This document shows positions 18,721 through 28,552 of a DNA stretch of 64,000 nucleotides, one piece after another; position 1 is the stretch's first letter, and each line of letters opens with the position of its first letter. A program made the position numbers and the translations under genes. The stretch comes from Candidatus Geocrenenecus arthurdayi (GTDB lineage: Archaea; Thermoproteota; Nitrososphaeria_A; Caldarchaeales; Wolframiiraptoraceae): the NCBI GenBank assembly GCA_023539395.1, contig JAKCEX010000004.1, forward strand, positions 158-64,157, read 5' to 3'. The notes beneath the pieces are model-generated. The model was not told the origin of the DNA. It did no database searches and saw nothing but the letters and a program-made list of their open reading frames with translations.

Positions 18721-19794
18721 ATGGTGGGGGAGCTATCTTCAAGAAAGCGGGATCATATTAGAATATGTACTGAGAGAGATGTTGAATTTAAGAAGAAGAC
18801 TACGTGGTTTGAGTATGTTGAATTAATACATAACCCTCTGCCTGAAGTGGATTTTAATGAGATAAAGCTTGAAGCAAGTTTTCTTAGTAGAACATTTAAT
18901 TATCCATTGGTTATTGAAGGTATGACAGGCGGTATACCCGAAGCATACAAGATTAATAAGAATCTAGCAGAAGTAGCTCTCCAACTTAATATACCTCTAG
19001 GTGTGGGAAGCCAGAGAGCAGGCATACGGAATGAATCTCTTAAAGAAACCTACCGAATTGTACGAGATATTTCACCTAGCATTTTCGTAATTGGGAATAT
19101 TGGTGCTGTTCAGTTAATGGAGGAAGGCATCGAGCTTGCAGAAAAGGCTGTAGAAATGATTGAAGCAAATGCTTTAGCAATACATCTCAATAGTTTACAA
19201 GAATTAATCCAACCAGGTGGAACTACAACATATAGAGGAATTATTAAATCTATAGAGAAGACTGTGAATAGATTAAGCGTACCAGTTATTGTCAAGGAAG
19301 TTGGATGTGGTATATCCAGAGAATCTGCAAAAAGCTTAGAAAAAATAGGTGTTAAAGTTATAGATGTAGCTGGAGCAGGAGGAACTAACTGGACGCTTAT
19401 CGAGAAGATTAGAGCTGAAGAAGCAGGAGACTTAGAGAAGAAAATGCTTGGCGAAGTCTTTCTAGAATGGGGGATACCTACGGCTGCATCTATAATAGAA
19501 GTCTCATCAACAGTTGAAATAGAAGTTATAGGTTCAGGTGGTATAAGAACAGGCTTAGATGCTGCTAAAGCTTTAGCCCTAGGAGCAGACATGGTTGGAA
19601 TAGCTAAACCTCTCTTAAAGCCTGCATTAGAAAGTGTAGAATCAATCTTAAGCTATCTAAGAAAGATAATATTAGAGTTGAGAACAGCAATGTATTTAAC
19701 AGGCTGTAGAAATATCAGTGAACTGAAGAAAGTCGATAAAGTATTAACAGGTCCATTGATTGAGTGGTGTAGGCAGAGAAATCTACCAGTCTAA
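18721..19794 (+). CDS. fni: Type 2 isopentenyl-diphosphate delta-isomerase (FMN-dependent)
   Basis: RKRDHIRI N-terminus, a TIM-barrel FMN-binding region (VIVKEVGCGIS; GSGGIRTGLDAAKALALGAD). Confidence 0.9.
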   Translation: MVGELSSRKRDHIRICTERDVEFKKKTTWFEYVELIHNPLPEVDFNEIKLEASFLSRTFNYPLVIEGMTGGIPEAYKINKNLAEVALQLNIPLGVGSQRAGIRNESLKETYRIVRDISPSIFVIGNIGAVQLMEEGIELAEKAVEMIEANALAIHLNSLQELIQPGGTTTYRGIIKSIEKTVNRLSVPVIVKEVGCGISRESAKSLEKIGVKVIDVAGAGGTNWTLIEKIRAEEAGDLEKKMLGEVFLEWGIPTAASIIEVSSTVEIEVIGSGGIRTGLDAAKALALGADMVGIAKPLLKPALESVESILSYLRKIILELRTAMYLTGCRNISELKKVDKVLTGPLIEWCRQRNLPV

Positions 19795-19826
19795 GGCTAT
19801 ATTTTGGTTTTCATAGACTATAATAC

Positions 19827-20255
19827 ATGAGTGAAGCTGAGAGAACCTTTATAATGTTAAAGCCGAGCTGTGTGGAGAGAGGGTTAGTTGGAGAGATCCT
19901 ATCTAGAATTGAGAAGAAGGGTTTAAAGATCATACAGATGAAGTTCTTGAAAATGAGTAGAGAGATGGCTGAAGAACTTTACAGCATACATAAAGGCAGA
20001 GACTTCTATGAAAACCTTGTAAAAACACTAGAAGGTAGAAGAGTTGTAGCAATCGTTATTGAAGGTAGGAAAGCTATTGAAGTAGCAAGAAAGATGATTG
20101 GTGCAACTGACCCAGCTCAGGCAGAACCTGGAACAATTAGAGGGGACTTAGCAATAGAACTTACAGACAATCTTATACATGCTTCAGATAGCATAGAATC
20201 ATACCAAAGAGAATACAAGATATTCTTTAAGGATGATGAGCTACAGACATTATAG
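19827..20255 (+). CDS. ndk: Nucleoside-diphosphate kinase
   Basis: ERTFIMLKP, GATDP..A.PGTIRGD and the active-site NLIHASDS. Confidence 0.92.
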   Translation: MSEAERTFIMLKPSCVERGLVGEILSRIEKKGLKIIQMKFLKMSREMAEELYSIHKGRDFYENLVKTLEGRRVVAIVIEGRKAIEVARKMIGATDPAQAEPGTIRGDLAIELTDNLIHASDSIESYQREYKIFFKDDELQTL

Positions 20256-20331
20256 ATTATTTTATCGAATTCTAAAGCTAGATTATTATTGATTCAAGCT
20301 ATATTAAGAACACTAATAAAGATTAGTATAG

Positions 20332-21573
20332 ATGAGTGGGAAGATTCTACCGAAGCAGCCTGAAGCTAATATTGGGACTCTAGGTCATGTTGATAATGGT
20401 AAGAGCACGATCGTTCAAGCAATTACTGGAATCTGGCCTGCAAGACATTCTGAAGAGCTTAGGAGAGGTATTACGATTAGGATAGGTTATGCGGATGCAG
20501 CAATCTATAGATGCCCTACATGTGAGGAACCATTCAATTATACTACTGAAGAAAAATGTTCAATATGTGGATCTGAAACGGTTTTCGAGAGAGCTATATC
20601 ATTTATAGATTGTCCTGGTCATCATTCATTAATGGTTACTATGCTTTCGGGAGCAGCATTATTCGATGGTGCAGTATTCGTAGTAGATGCTAGACATACA
20701 TTCCCCCAACCACAAGATAGTGAGCATCTCCAAGCAGCCTCAATAATGGATATAGATAAAGTGATAATTGCACAGAATAAGATAGACGTAGTATCTAGGG
20801 AGAGAGCTCTCCAAAACTATCATGAAATAAGAGAATACCTTAAGATGAGTAAATTAGAAGATTGCCCCATAATACCTATCTCAGCTCAGCATAAAGTAGG
20901 TGTAGAACTCCTCCTCTGGGCTATACAGAAATTTATCCCAACACCATTTAGAGACCTCTCAAAACCATTTAGAATGCCTATACTACGTTCATTTGATGTT
21001 AACCCCCCTGGAACACCTGGAAATATTATTAGAGGTGGAGTTATAGGAGGCTCAATAGTTCAAGGAAAGATAAGAGTAGGTGATGAAATAGAGATAGCTC
21101 CTGGCATACCTCTAGAAGATAAACCAGGGTCAAGATATGAATCAATCTACACAGAAGTTGTGAATATTAAAGCTGGTGGGAGGGATGTTGAAGAAGCTAT
21201 GAGTGGTGGTCTCACAGGTATAGAGACGAAGCTTGACCCAGCATTAACTAAAGCGGACGCGATGACTGGAAATATAGCTGGTAGACCTGGAACACTACCA
21301 CCGACACTCTATGACTTAACCCTAGAATATACTCTCTTCAAGTATGTTGTAGGTGTTAAAGATAAGATGGAGGTTACACCAATAGCTGATAAAGAACCAT
21401 TAGTGTTAAACGTCTACTCAGCTGTAACAACAGGAGTTGTAGCATATAGAACAAAAGATAGAATTGAGATAAATTTAATGAGACCAATAGTAGCACAACC
21501 AGGAGACAAAGTCTCAATATCTAGAAAAATCGGAGCTGGATGGAGATTAATCGGGTATGGTAAGATAACATAG
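20332..21573 (+). CDS. eif2g: Translation initiation factor aIF2 gamma subunit
   Basis: GTPase G1 motif GHVDNGKST, a zinc knuckle (CPTCEE...CSICG), DCPGH and NKID. Confidence 0.93.
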   Translation: MSGKILPKQPEANIGTLGHVDNGKSTIVQAITGIWPARHSEELRRGITIRIGYADAAIYRCPTCEEPFNYTTEEKCSICGSETVFERAISFIDCPGHHSLMVTMLSGAALFDGAVFVVDARHTFPQPQDSEHLQAASIMDIDKVIIAQNKIDVVSRERALQNYHEIREYLKMSKLEDCPIIPISAQHKVGVELLLWAIQKFIPTPFRDLSKPFRMPILRSFDVNPPGTPGNIIRGGVIGGSIVQGKIRVGDEIEIAPGIPLEDKPGSRYESIYTEVVNIKAGGRDVEEAMSGGLTGIETKLDPALTKADAMTGNIAGRPGTLPPTLYDLTLEYTLFKYVVGVKDKMEVTPIADKEPLVLNVYSAVTTGVVAYRTKDRIEINLMRPIVAQPGDKVSISRKIGAGWRLIGYGKIT

Positions 21574-21589
21574 ATAAGCATAAACGTGG

Positions 21590-21988
21590 ATGAAACATTA
21601 TATGAAGGTTCTAGTTGATACAAGTCTCTTGATAATGATCGTGGAGCAGGGAAGAGACCTAATAAGAATTGCAGAAGATACAATTGGTGAAGTAATTGAA
21701 CCATACATACTTGAAGACATCATAGATGAGTTGGAGAAAATTGCTAACAGAAGTGGAAAGAAATCAAATCTAGCTAAGCTAGCTTTAAAGCTGACTGAAA
21801 GAATGGGTAAGATAAAGTGTTTAAAGGATTTACCCGTAGACCTTAAATTGCTTGAAGCTGCACAAGAACATGGAATGGTTTTAGCAGCTGTAGATCGAAA
21901 AATTATAGAAGAAGCTAGGAGAAAGAAAATCCCCCTCCTAATATTCCATGAAGATTTAAGAGTAACATTTGAAGGTTGGACGCTATAA
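21590..21988 (+). CDS. PIN-domain protein (Fcf1/COG1412-like), the usual downstream neighbour of aIF2-gamma
   Basis: VLVDTSLLI acidic N-terminal PIN strand, a 132-aa size, and conserved synteny after aIF2-gamma in Crenarchaeota. Confidence 0.6.
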   Translation: MKHYMKVLVDTSLLIMIVEQGRDLIRIAEDTIGEVIEPYILEDIIDELEKIANRSGKKSNLAKLALKLTERMGKIKCLKDLPVDLKLLEAAQEHGMVLAAVDRKIIEEARRKKIPLLIFHEDLRVTFEGWTL

Positions 21989-22045
21989 ATAGCCTGTCAT
22001 TAAGATTTTTAGATAGGAATAACAAATCATTATCAGTAAGGATAG

Positions 22046-24373
22046 ATGAATACTGAGCGGAGCCTTCTTCTAATAACTATCATATCAATCTCACTATTAG
22101 TATTAACTCTAAATGGGGCGACGGAGTCTCAAGAAGAAAACACTGTACAAGTAATTTTCTACATGGATACTGGTTTAGGTGGACCTATAATCATTGATTG
22201 GTGTAGTGGTTCAGCGAGAATAGGAGAAAATATAAGCTGTACTGTTAAGCCTCAAATTACATACGACAATGATACAAAAATAGTCTTCGAAGGCTGGTAC
22301 AAGAATATAGGGAATGGAAGGTTAGAACTAGTTACCGAAGATAATAGTATAACGATTACGGTTGGAGGAGAACAGACTCAACAAGAATATATTGCAAAGT
22401 ATAAAGTCTATTATCTAGTAGACCTTGATATTGGATACCAGATAGTTAGTGAATGGAGACCTAGATATAGCTCATACTTAATAAAAGTGCTTGAAAGCTG
22501 GAATCCAGAAGAAGGTATAAGAAAAATCTTCTTAAAATGGGTTGGAGACATAACTGGAAGCAACCCGACCATTTACATAGACAAGATTACTAGACCGTTA
22601 AGAGCCAAAGCAGTCTGGCAAACTCAATACTATGTAGAGATAATCTCGGAGTACCCATTATCTATAGAAAGTGGATGGTTTAATGAAAATCAAGCAGTCC
22701 ATATTAAGCCTCTAAACCCTGTAATATATGAAAATAATGGAGAAACAAAGGTCTTGCTTGAAAAATATTTTATAGATTATTGGTGGGGGGATAGAGAAGA
22801 CTCCGAAGTTGATAAAGATTCTTTTGAGCTAGTAGTAGATTCACCATTAACGATAAAAGCTTTTTGGAAGAAGCTCCACCATGTAGTTCTTGAATCAGAT
22901 TATGTTAAGCCGATACTTCTCGATGAATGGATAAGAGACGGCGACAAGCTAATCTTTAATCAACTAGAAAAAGAGATTAACTGGAACAACAATACTAAAA
23001 TAGTCTTCGATAAATGGGTAAATGATATCTCTTCACCTAACAAAGACATAGAAGTTATTGTCAGTAGCCCTATAAAAGCTCATGCTATCTGGAGGGTCTA
23101 CTACCTAGTTTCAGTGGAATCATCGGAACCTGATATTAAGATAGAAGTTAATACGTCAGGATGGGTTGAGAAGGGAAGCAACGTGAAGATTAATGCAACC
23201 CCTATTGAGAGAGATTTAGGGAAAGGTGTTAAGGCATTATTCAGAGAATGGAGTGGAAGTATTATAAGGCAAGACCCAGTGATAGAAGTTTCAAGCTTGA
23301 ACCAACCAATAATAATTAAAGCATTATGGATTAGGAAGTATCTCATAACTGTTGATGCACCAGATGAAGCTGGAATAGAGAAAGAAGCATGGATACTGGA
23401 AGACGAGGAACACAATATTATAGCTCCTATACAGGTATCGATAAATAATTCAACAAGAATTGTTTTCAATAAATGGGTTGGATGTAGCTCCGTAAGAGAT
23501 AATGTGTGTACTCTAAGTAATGTTAAGCAGCCTCTAACAGTTAAAGCTACTTATTTCATAGAAAGGAAAATGAAGATAGAAGCAGTATCGCTGAATAATG
23601 AAATAATAGAAGATGTATATTTCATCGTTAAGCATGAATCAGGCGAGATAAAGAAGCTGCCATCACAAAGTATAGTGTGGATGAAGATAGGATACTGGGT
23701 AATCGAGAATGCTACTTGGAGAGAATACGATGTAACCTCAACAAGAGAATTCAAAGTAACTGAAGACTCAAGCGAACTCCTAGAAGTATTGGTAAGAATA
23801 TATAGATTATCATTTAAGATTAATGATTACCTAGGTTTTCCAGTTAGGGATGCAGTAGTAATCATTAAAACAATTGATGGGAAAATAATGTATGAAGGTA
23901 GAACAGATGAAAACGGGTCAATAGATAGTGCTGGTCCTTTACCCCCAGTAGACATGATTGCATACATCAGCTATATGGGCTATCAAATAGTGAAGAATGT
24001 AAACATGAAGACTTCAAGCCCAATCTATATAACAATACCTCTCTCACAGACATCAATCCAACTGGTCACAATTACGATTATAGCTGGAGCTTCTCTAACC
24101 ACCCTCGCTATTATTAGGAGGCTTCGAAAACCAAGAGAAATACCAATTGAGATACCTATACCTCTAGAGCCGACCCCACGTAGAAGAAGCATAGATGAAA
24201 CTATCAAAGAGAGAGAAGTTAAAAAGGGACCCGTAGTAACCCTTGAAGATATAATTGAAAAACTAAAAGAGAGTGGTGAAAAACCTGAAGAAATCCTAGG
24301 GGAATTAGCTGAAAAAGTAGAAAAGGAGAAGAAGCAAAAGAGGAGGAGAAGAAAAAACTACAGCTTCCAGTAG
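22046..24373 (+). CDS. Large surface-anchored repeat protein: signal/TM, six beta-rich repeats, a carboxypeptidase-regulatory-like domain, a TM helix and a charged cytoplasmic tail
   Basis: N-terminal hydrophobic segment. A recurring motif (I/L)VF.(K/G/E)W.G....I.V....P..(I/V)KA.W...Y.V.V appears six times, followed by PVRDAVVIIKTIDGKIMYEGRTDENGSI. The TM helix is LVTITIIAGASLTTLAII and the tail is KE-rich. Confidence 0.7.
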   Translation: MNTERSLLLITIISISLLVLTLNGATESQEENTVQVIFYMDTGLGGPIIIDWCSGSARIGENISCTVKPQITYDNDTKIVFEGWYKNIGNGRLELVTEDNSITITVGGEQTQQEYIAKYKVYYLVDLDIGYQIVSEWRPRYSSYLIKVLESWNPEEGIRKIFLKWVGDITGSNPTIYIDKITRPLRAKAVWQTQYYVEIISEYPLSIESGWFNENQAVHIKPLNPVIYENNGETKVLLEKYFIDYWWGDREDSEVDKDSFELVVDSPLTIKAFWKKLHHVVLESDYVKPILLDEWIRDGDKLIFNQLEKEINWNNNTKIVFDKWVNDISSPNKDIEVIVSSPIKAHAIWRVYYLVSVESSEPDIKIEVNTSGWVEKGSNVKINATPIERDLGKGVKALFREWSGSIIRQDPVIEVSSLNQPIIIKALWIRKYLITVDAPDEAGIEKEAWILEDEEHNIIAPIQVSINNSTRIVFNKWVGCSSVRDNVCTLSNVKQPLTVKATYFIERKMKIEAVSLNNEIIEDVYFIVKHESGEIKKLPSQSIVWMKIGYWVIENATWREYDVTSTREFKVTEDSSELLEVLVRIYRLSFKINDYLGFPVRDAVVIIKTIDGKIMYEGRTDENGSIDSAGPLPPVDMIAYISYMGYQIVKNVNMKTSSPIYITIPLSQTSIQLVTITIIAGASLTTLAIIRRLRKPREIPIEIPIPLEPTPRRRSIDETIKEREVKKGPVVTLEDIIEKLKESGEKPEEILGELAEKVEKEKKQKRRRRKNYSFQ

Positions 24374-24658
24374 AATACCCTAAGATTAAGTTTAGTAGCT
24401 TAACGTTTTGAGGTCTCACCAGACTCATCGGTATGCATGGTTCATCTAGAGCTATTGATGGTATAAATCAGAAAAGGCCTCTAACGTTCAGCACTTTAGT
24501 TTTTTATGCGCGCTTTTCCATATGATTGCTAAACCCTAGATGTGAGTATTTGTTTTTCCTGAACTATCCATTCTAGAAGCTAGGATTACTTTTTTCAGTA
24601 TGTATGAAGCACTATAATGGCTAGCCTTATAATAGACAGTTATCTAAAACCTCTAAAG

Positions 24659-24925
24659 CTATGTGATATCACCTGTCTCAGATATTTTCTTGTCTTCGTA
24701 TGGTGCAACATGCCTCCTATAGAATTCCTGGATTACACAAGAGAGTACACCAATCGCTCTATTATAATTAAAGTATCTAGGAGGATATAGGTGGAGGAGG
24801 AGTCTAAAGATAACATAATTGACTTGTCCATCAAGTTCTTCGATTGGAGCTTTCCTAAGCTCATCTATTAAAGCATCAATCATAGGGTCTAACTTCTCTC
24901 TATACTCTTTCTTAATGTAAGGCAT
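24659..24925 (-). CDS. Small conserved hypothetical protein (88 aa)
   Basis: Clean ORF 37 nt downstream of moeA on the same strand, with a helical, protein-like sequence (EFYRRHVAPYEDKK). I cannot name a family with confidence. Confidence 0.5.
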   Translation of the reverse strand: MPYIKKEYREKLDPMIDALIDELRKAPIEELDGQVNYVIFRLLLHLYPPRYFNYNRAIGVLSCVIQEFYRRHVAPYEDKKISETGDIT

Positions 24926-24962
24926 ACTCCATAATCTATCTTGCTACTATATTTATCTTAAT

Positions 24963-26264
24963 TCAAGATGGACCTGTCCACTCATTATACTTTGAGAATA
25001 GATAGAGTAGTTCTGACCAGGATAATAGATACACGTCCAATTTACTTCCTCTACTAATCTTCTCTATTTTCTCAGGAATCTTTATGAAGCCATTACATGA
25101 TATTAGTGGTCCAATCATAGATGAATCTCCAAGAATAGGTTTAGCGATAAATCCATCCCTATTCTTAGCTAGCTTAACAAAACGGATTCTTGTAAACGAA
25201 ATGTATTCTCTAACAGTTAAGTCTTCAACTATTTCTGCACGCACCCTTGGGAATAAATCTTTGATCGGTAAACCCTGCATACAAGATATCAGTGGAACCA
25301 GTATGTTTATTGTTCCAGAGATAGTAGATTGAATGTGTCCTGGAAGCATTATTACTGGTTTTCCATCTATTAGAACTACGCTGGTTGCTCGACCTGGCTG
25401 CACTTTTAATCCCCTAGCTATTGGCATACTCTCAGGTAGCTTAGATAATGTCGTCCAACATAGATCTCTAACTCCAAGTGAGACGCCTCCAATAGTTACA
25501 CATATATCGTTTTCTCTAAGAGAGTTCTTGACAGTCTTGATTATCTGGCTAGGTGAATCTGGAACTGCCTCAAATCTTATCGGAACCCCACCGAATTCTT
25601 TTACATAGTAAGAGACCATTATCGAAGATGTTTCAAGCTTTTTCCCATTAGCTTCCTCAATATTTGATGTTAATTCATCCCCAATACCTATTAATGCAAC
25701 TCTAGGTTTATCGTAAACTTTAACTCTATATCTTCCAGTATCCAGTAGATACTTTATGGTTTGAGGTCTGACAATATCTCCTTTCTTCTGAATAATCTCT
25801 CCACCATCTATATCTGCTCCTCTAAATGTTACGTGTTCCCCTCTCTTAACAGGTTCTAGAATCTCTATATATTCTCCGAGTAGCCTAACCCTCTCAACTG
25901 GTATTACAGCATCAGCATTCTTTGGTATTTTAGCTCCCGTTACAACATAAACAGTTTCTCCATCTTTAATGTCTAGATTATGCTCTCTGATCGAATCTAT
26001 TCTTCCTACAACTTTTAATCTTAATGGATTGATTGTGGATGCTTTCAATGTGTCAGAGCTTCTAACAGCGTATCCATCAAAATGCGCAATATTGTCTATC
26101 GGTATAGGAATGGTTGAAACAATATCTTCGGCTAGAACGTAGCCTAACGATTCATGAACACTAACATCAATAACCCTTGGGGACAGCCTTGAATTCTTCA
26201 GAATTCTTTCCAATGCTTCATCTGGTGAAGTATATTTAAAATACTTTTCAATCTGTTCATCCAT
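24963..26264 (-). CDS. moeA: Molybdopterin molybdenumtransferase MoeA
   Basis: Four-domain MoeA layout, with V.TGA.IP..ADAV and GGVS.G..D motifs. 433 aa. Confidence 0.9.
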   Translation of the reverse strand: MDEQIEKYFKYTSPDEALERILKNSRLSPRVIDVSVHESLGYVLAEDIVSTIPIPIDNIAHFDGYAVRSSDTLKASTINPLRLKVVGRIDSIREHNLDIKDGETVYVVTGAKIPKNADAVIPVERVRLLGEYIEILEPVKRGEHVTFRGADIDGGEIIQKKGDIVRPQTIKYLLDTGRYRVKVYDKPRVALIGIGDELTSNIEEANGKKLETSSIMVSYYVKEFGGVPIRFEAVPDSPSQIIKTVKNSLRENDICVTIGGVSLGVRDLCWTTLSKLPESMPIARGLKVQPGRATSVVLIDGKPVIMLPGHIQSTISGTINILVPLISCMQGLPIKDLFPRVRAEIVEDLTVREYISFTRIRFVKLAKNRDGFIAKPILGDSSMIGPLISCNGFIKIPEKIEKISRGSKLDVYLLSWSELLYLFSKYNEWTGPS

Positions 26265-26432
26265 GCTGTAATTGTATCATTAGCCTATTGATATTTAATG
26301 ATTCTGTAATTTCACGGGTATGCTTGCAAATGCTGAATAAAGAGAAAATATCAATGAGAATATTCTAATGGATAGCTTAACTAGAGAATATGTAACGGTT
26401 AATAAGGAAGCCTAGATGTTATTCTATCCAGT

Positions 26433-26918
26433 ATGGGAGACCCGAAGAGACCTAGAAAACAGTATGAAACACCTGGTCATCCATGGAAGTCGGATAGATT
26501 ATCAATGGAGCTCCAGCTTCTCGGAGAATATGGTCTAAGGAATAAGAGGGAACTTTGGAGAGCGGAAACTATACTTAGAAAGATTAGAGCGCAAGCGAGG
26601 TCTCTATTCGTTCTCACAGGTGAGAAGAGGGTTCAAGAAGAGAGTAGGCTTATACAAAGATTGTATAAGATGGGGCTTGTAGATGAGAATGCAACTGCAG
26701 ATGATATATTGAAATTAAACGTTAGAGACATCTTAGAAAGAAGACTTCAAACAATAGTATTCAAACTCGGATATGCTAAAAGTATACACCAAGCAAGGCA
26801 GCTAATAACCCATGGTCATGTCTATATTAAAGATAATAAGGTTAAATCTCCAAGCTATCATGTAATGAGAGGGGAAGAATCATTAATAAGAGTTGCAATA
26901 CCCTTAGAAGCAAAATAA
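26433..26918 (+). CDS. rps4: Ribosomal protein S4 (uS4, archaeal S4P)
   Basis: MGDPKRPRKQYETPGHPW N-terminus and an S4 RNA-binding domain (LERRLQTIVFKLG.A.SI.QARQLI.HGH). Confidence 0.9.
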   Translation: MGDPKRPRKQYETPGHPWKSDRLSMELQLLGEYGLRNKRELWRAETILRKIRAQARSLFVLTGEKRVQEESRLIQRLYKMGLVDENATADDILKLNVRDILERRLQTIVFKLGYAKSIHQARQLITHGHVYIKDNKVKSPSYHVMRGEESLIRVAIPLEAK

Positions 26919-26985
26919 AACACTATTTTAGCCACGTAGTTAATAGACAAAATCATAGTTTAACAGTAAGATCGGTAGCCACGAT

Positions 26986-27519
26986 TCATGATTTTGCTAA
27001 GTAGACGAAATGAGGAAGCTCATCAAGAAATATCTTTAATGCAAGCTCTACCCCACTAGGAGACCCTGGAAGACATATTACAACTTTCCCAGCATAAACA
27101 CCTGCCATTGCTCTTGTCAAAGCTGCAGCTGCACCTATCTCTTTGTAACTCTCAAGTCTAAATATCTCCCCGAAACCTTCAGCTTCTTTATCAAGTAATG
27201 GCTTAACCGCCTCAATAGTTACATCTCTACTAGCTAGCCCCGTTCCCCCCATGAAGACTATTACATCTACTTCCTTCTTAACAGCGCTCTTGAGAATTTC
27301 TCTAATCATATCGATATCATCATCTATGACATCGGTTTCGATTATTTCATGATTCTTCTCATTAATCAGTTTAATAGCTATACCCATTGTTTCATCTGTG
27401 AAGGGTTTTCTTTCAATCTTTAATCTATACCTTGAAGAACTAACAGTATATAGCATGAATCTTAGTCTCCGAGGACTTCTATGCCTATGTTCTTCATAGG
27501 GTTTAACTGACTGCATCAT
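26986..27519 (-). CDS. moaB: Molybdenum cofactor biosynthesis protein MoaB/MogA family
   Basis: TVSSSR, GGTGLASRDVT and PGSPSG motifs. Overlaps moaC by 17 nt. Confidence 0.85.
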   Translation of the reverse strand: MMQSVKPYEEHRHRSPRRLRFMLYTVSSSRYRLKIERKPFTDETMGIAIKLINEKNHEIIETDVIDDDIDMIREILKSAVKKEVDVIVFMGGTGLASRDVTIEAVKPLLDKEAEGFGEIFRLESYKEIGAAAALTRAMAGVYAGKVVICLPGSPSGVELALKIFLDELPHFVYLAKS

Positions 27520-27958
27520 TCTTCACTTTTCTAACAACTCTTATATCGGTGATTACAGTATCTGGATACTGTCCGTCAACTGTTTTTTCGTACTTTTTCA
27601 CTGCATCCCATATATTAAGTAGAGCTATACATACTGCAGTTAATGCTTCCATCTCAACCCCGGTTCTCTCCATAGCTTCAACTAAAACCTCAACTTCTAC
27701 ACCTTGATCATTAATCTTCGGATTTACTTCTACATAGTCAAGCCTTAATGGATGACATAGAGGGAGAAGTAGAGATGTAAGTTTAACAGAATTTATTCCC
27801 GCTAACCTAGCAAGCTGTAACGGGTCCCCCTTTTCAATACCCCCTAACCTTATCCTTTCGACAGTTTCTCGTCGGAGTTTTATGAATCCTCTAGCAACAG
27901 CAGTTCTCTTAACTAGAGGTTTACCGGAAACATCTACTTGCTTTATCTCAGAAGGCAT
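27503..27958 (-). CDS. moaC: Cyclic pyranopterin monophosphate synthase accessory protein MoaC
   Basis: KGDPL..A..AGI...K.T..L.PLCHPL and the MEALTAV..ALL.IWD signature. Confidence 0.9.
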   Translation of the reverse strand: MPSEIKQVDVSGKPLVKRTAVARGFIKLRRETVERIRLGGIEKGDPLQLARLAGINSVKLTSLLLPLCHPLRLDYVEVNPKINDQGVEVEVLVEAMERTGVEMEALTAVCIALLNIWDAVKKYEKTVDGQYPDTVITDIRVVRKVKNDAVS

Positions 27959-28060
27959 AAAAGTAATATCTACCTGCTTATTCTTAAATCTAGATATTAT
28001 GGCCCTGGTAAACCTTCAAAGAAAAAGATTTAACTGGCTTATGAAAGGGTTATAAGGGTT

Positions 28061-28552
28061 ATGAAGATTCTATGGGCACCTTGGAGGATGAAGTATATTA
28101 GACGTTTTGAAGAGAGAGGAGATAATAGTTGCATCTTCTGTAAAGGAGTCCAGCAGAATAAGGATAGAGAAAATCTTATCCTGTATAGAGGTAGGAGCTG
28201 CTTCATTATCTTGAATAAGTATCCATATAACACTGGGCACTTGATGATTGCACCATATAGGCATATTGGAGAGTTAGAAGGGTTGAGTGAAGAAGAATTG
28301 AATGAGTTGATGAGATTAACAGTCTTAAGTGTTAAGATACTTAAGAGAGAGTATAGACCTAGTGGATTGAATATTGGAGTAAATATAGGTAGAGCTGCGG
28401 GAGCTGGTATAGAAGACCATATACACCTCCATATAGTTCCTAGATGGGTTGGAGATACAAACTTCATGCCTATAATATCTCAGACAAAAATAATGCCAGA
28501 ACTACCTCATGAAACATATGATAGATTGAAAAAATACTTTAGAGAAGAGTAG
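28061..28552 (+). CDS. HIT (histidine triad) family nucleotide hydrolase/transferase
   Basis: Histidine triad HIHLHIVPRW and an N-terminal C-x2-C. Confidence 0.85.
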   Translation: MKILWAPWRMKYIRRFEERGDNSCIFCKGVQQNKDRENLILYRGRSCFIILNKYPYNTGHLMIAPYRHIGELEGLSEEELNELMRLTVLSVKILKREYRPSGLNIGVNIGRAAGAGIEDHIHLHIVPRWVGDTNFMPIISQTKIMPELPHETYDRLKKYFREE

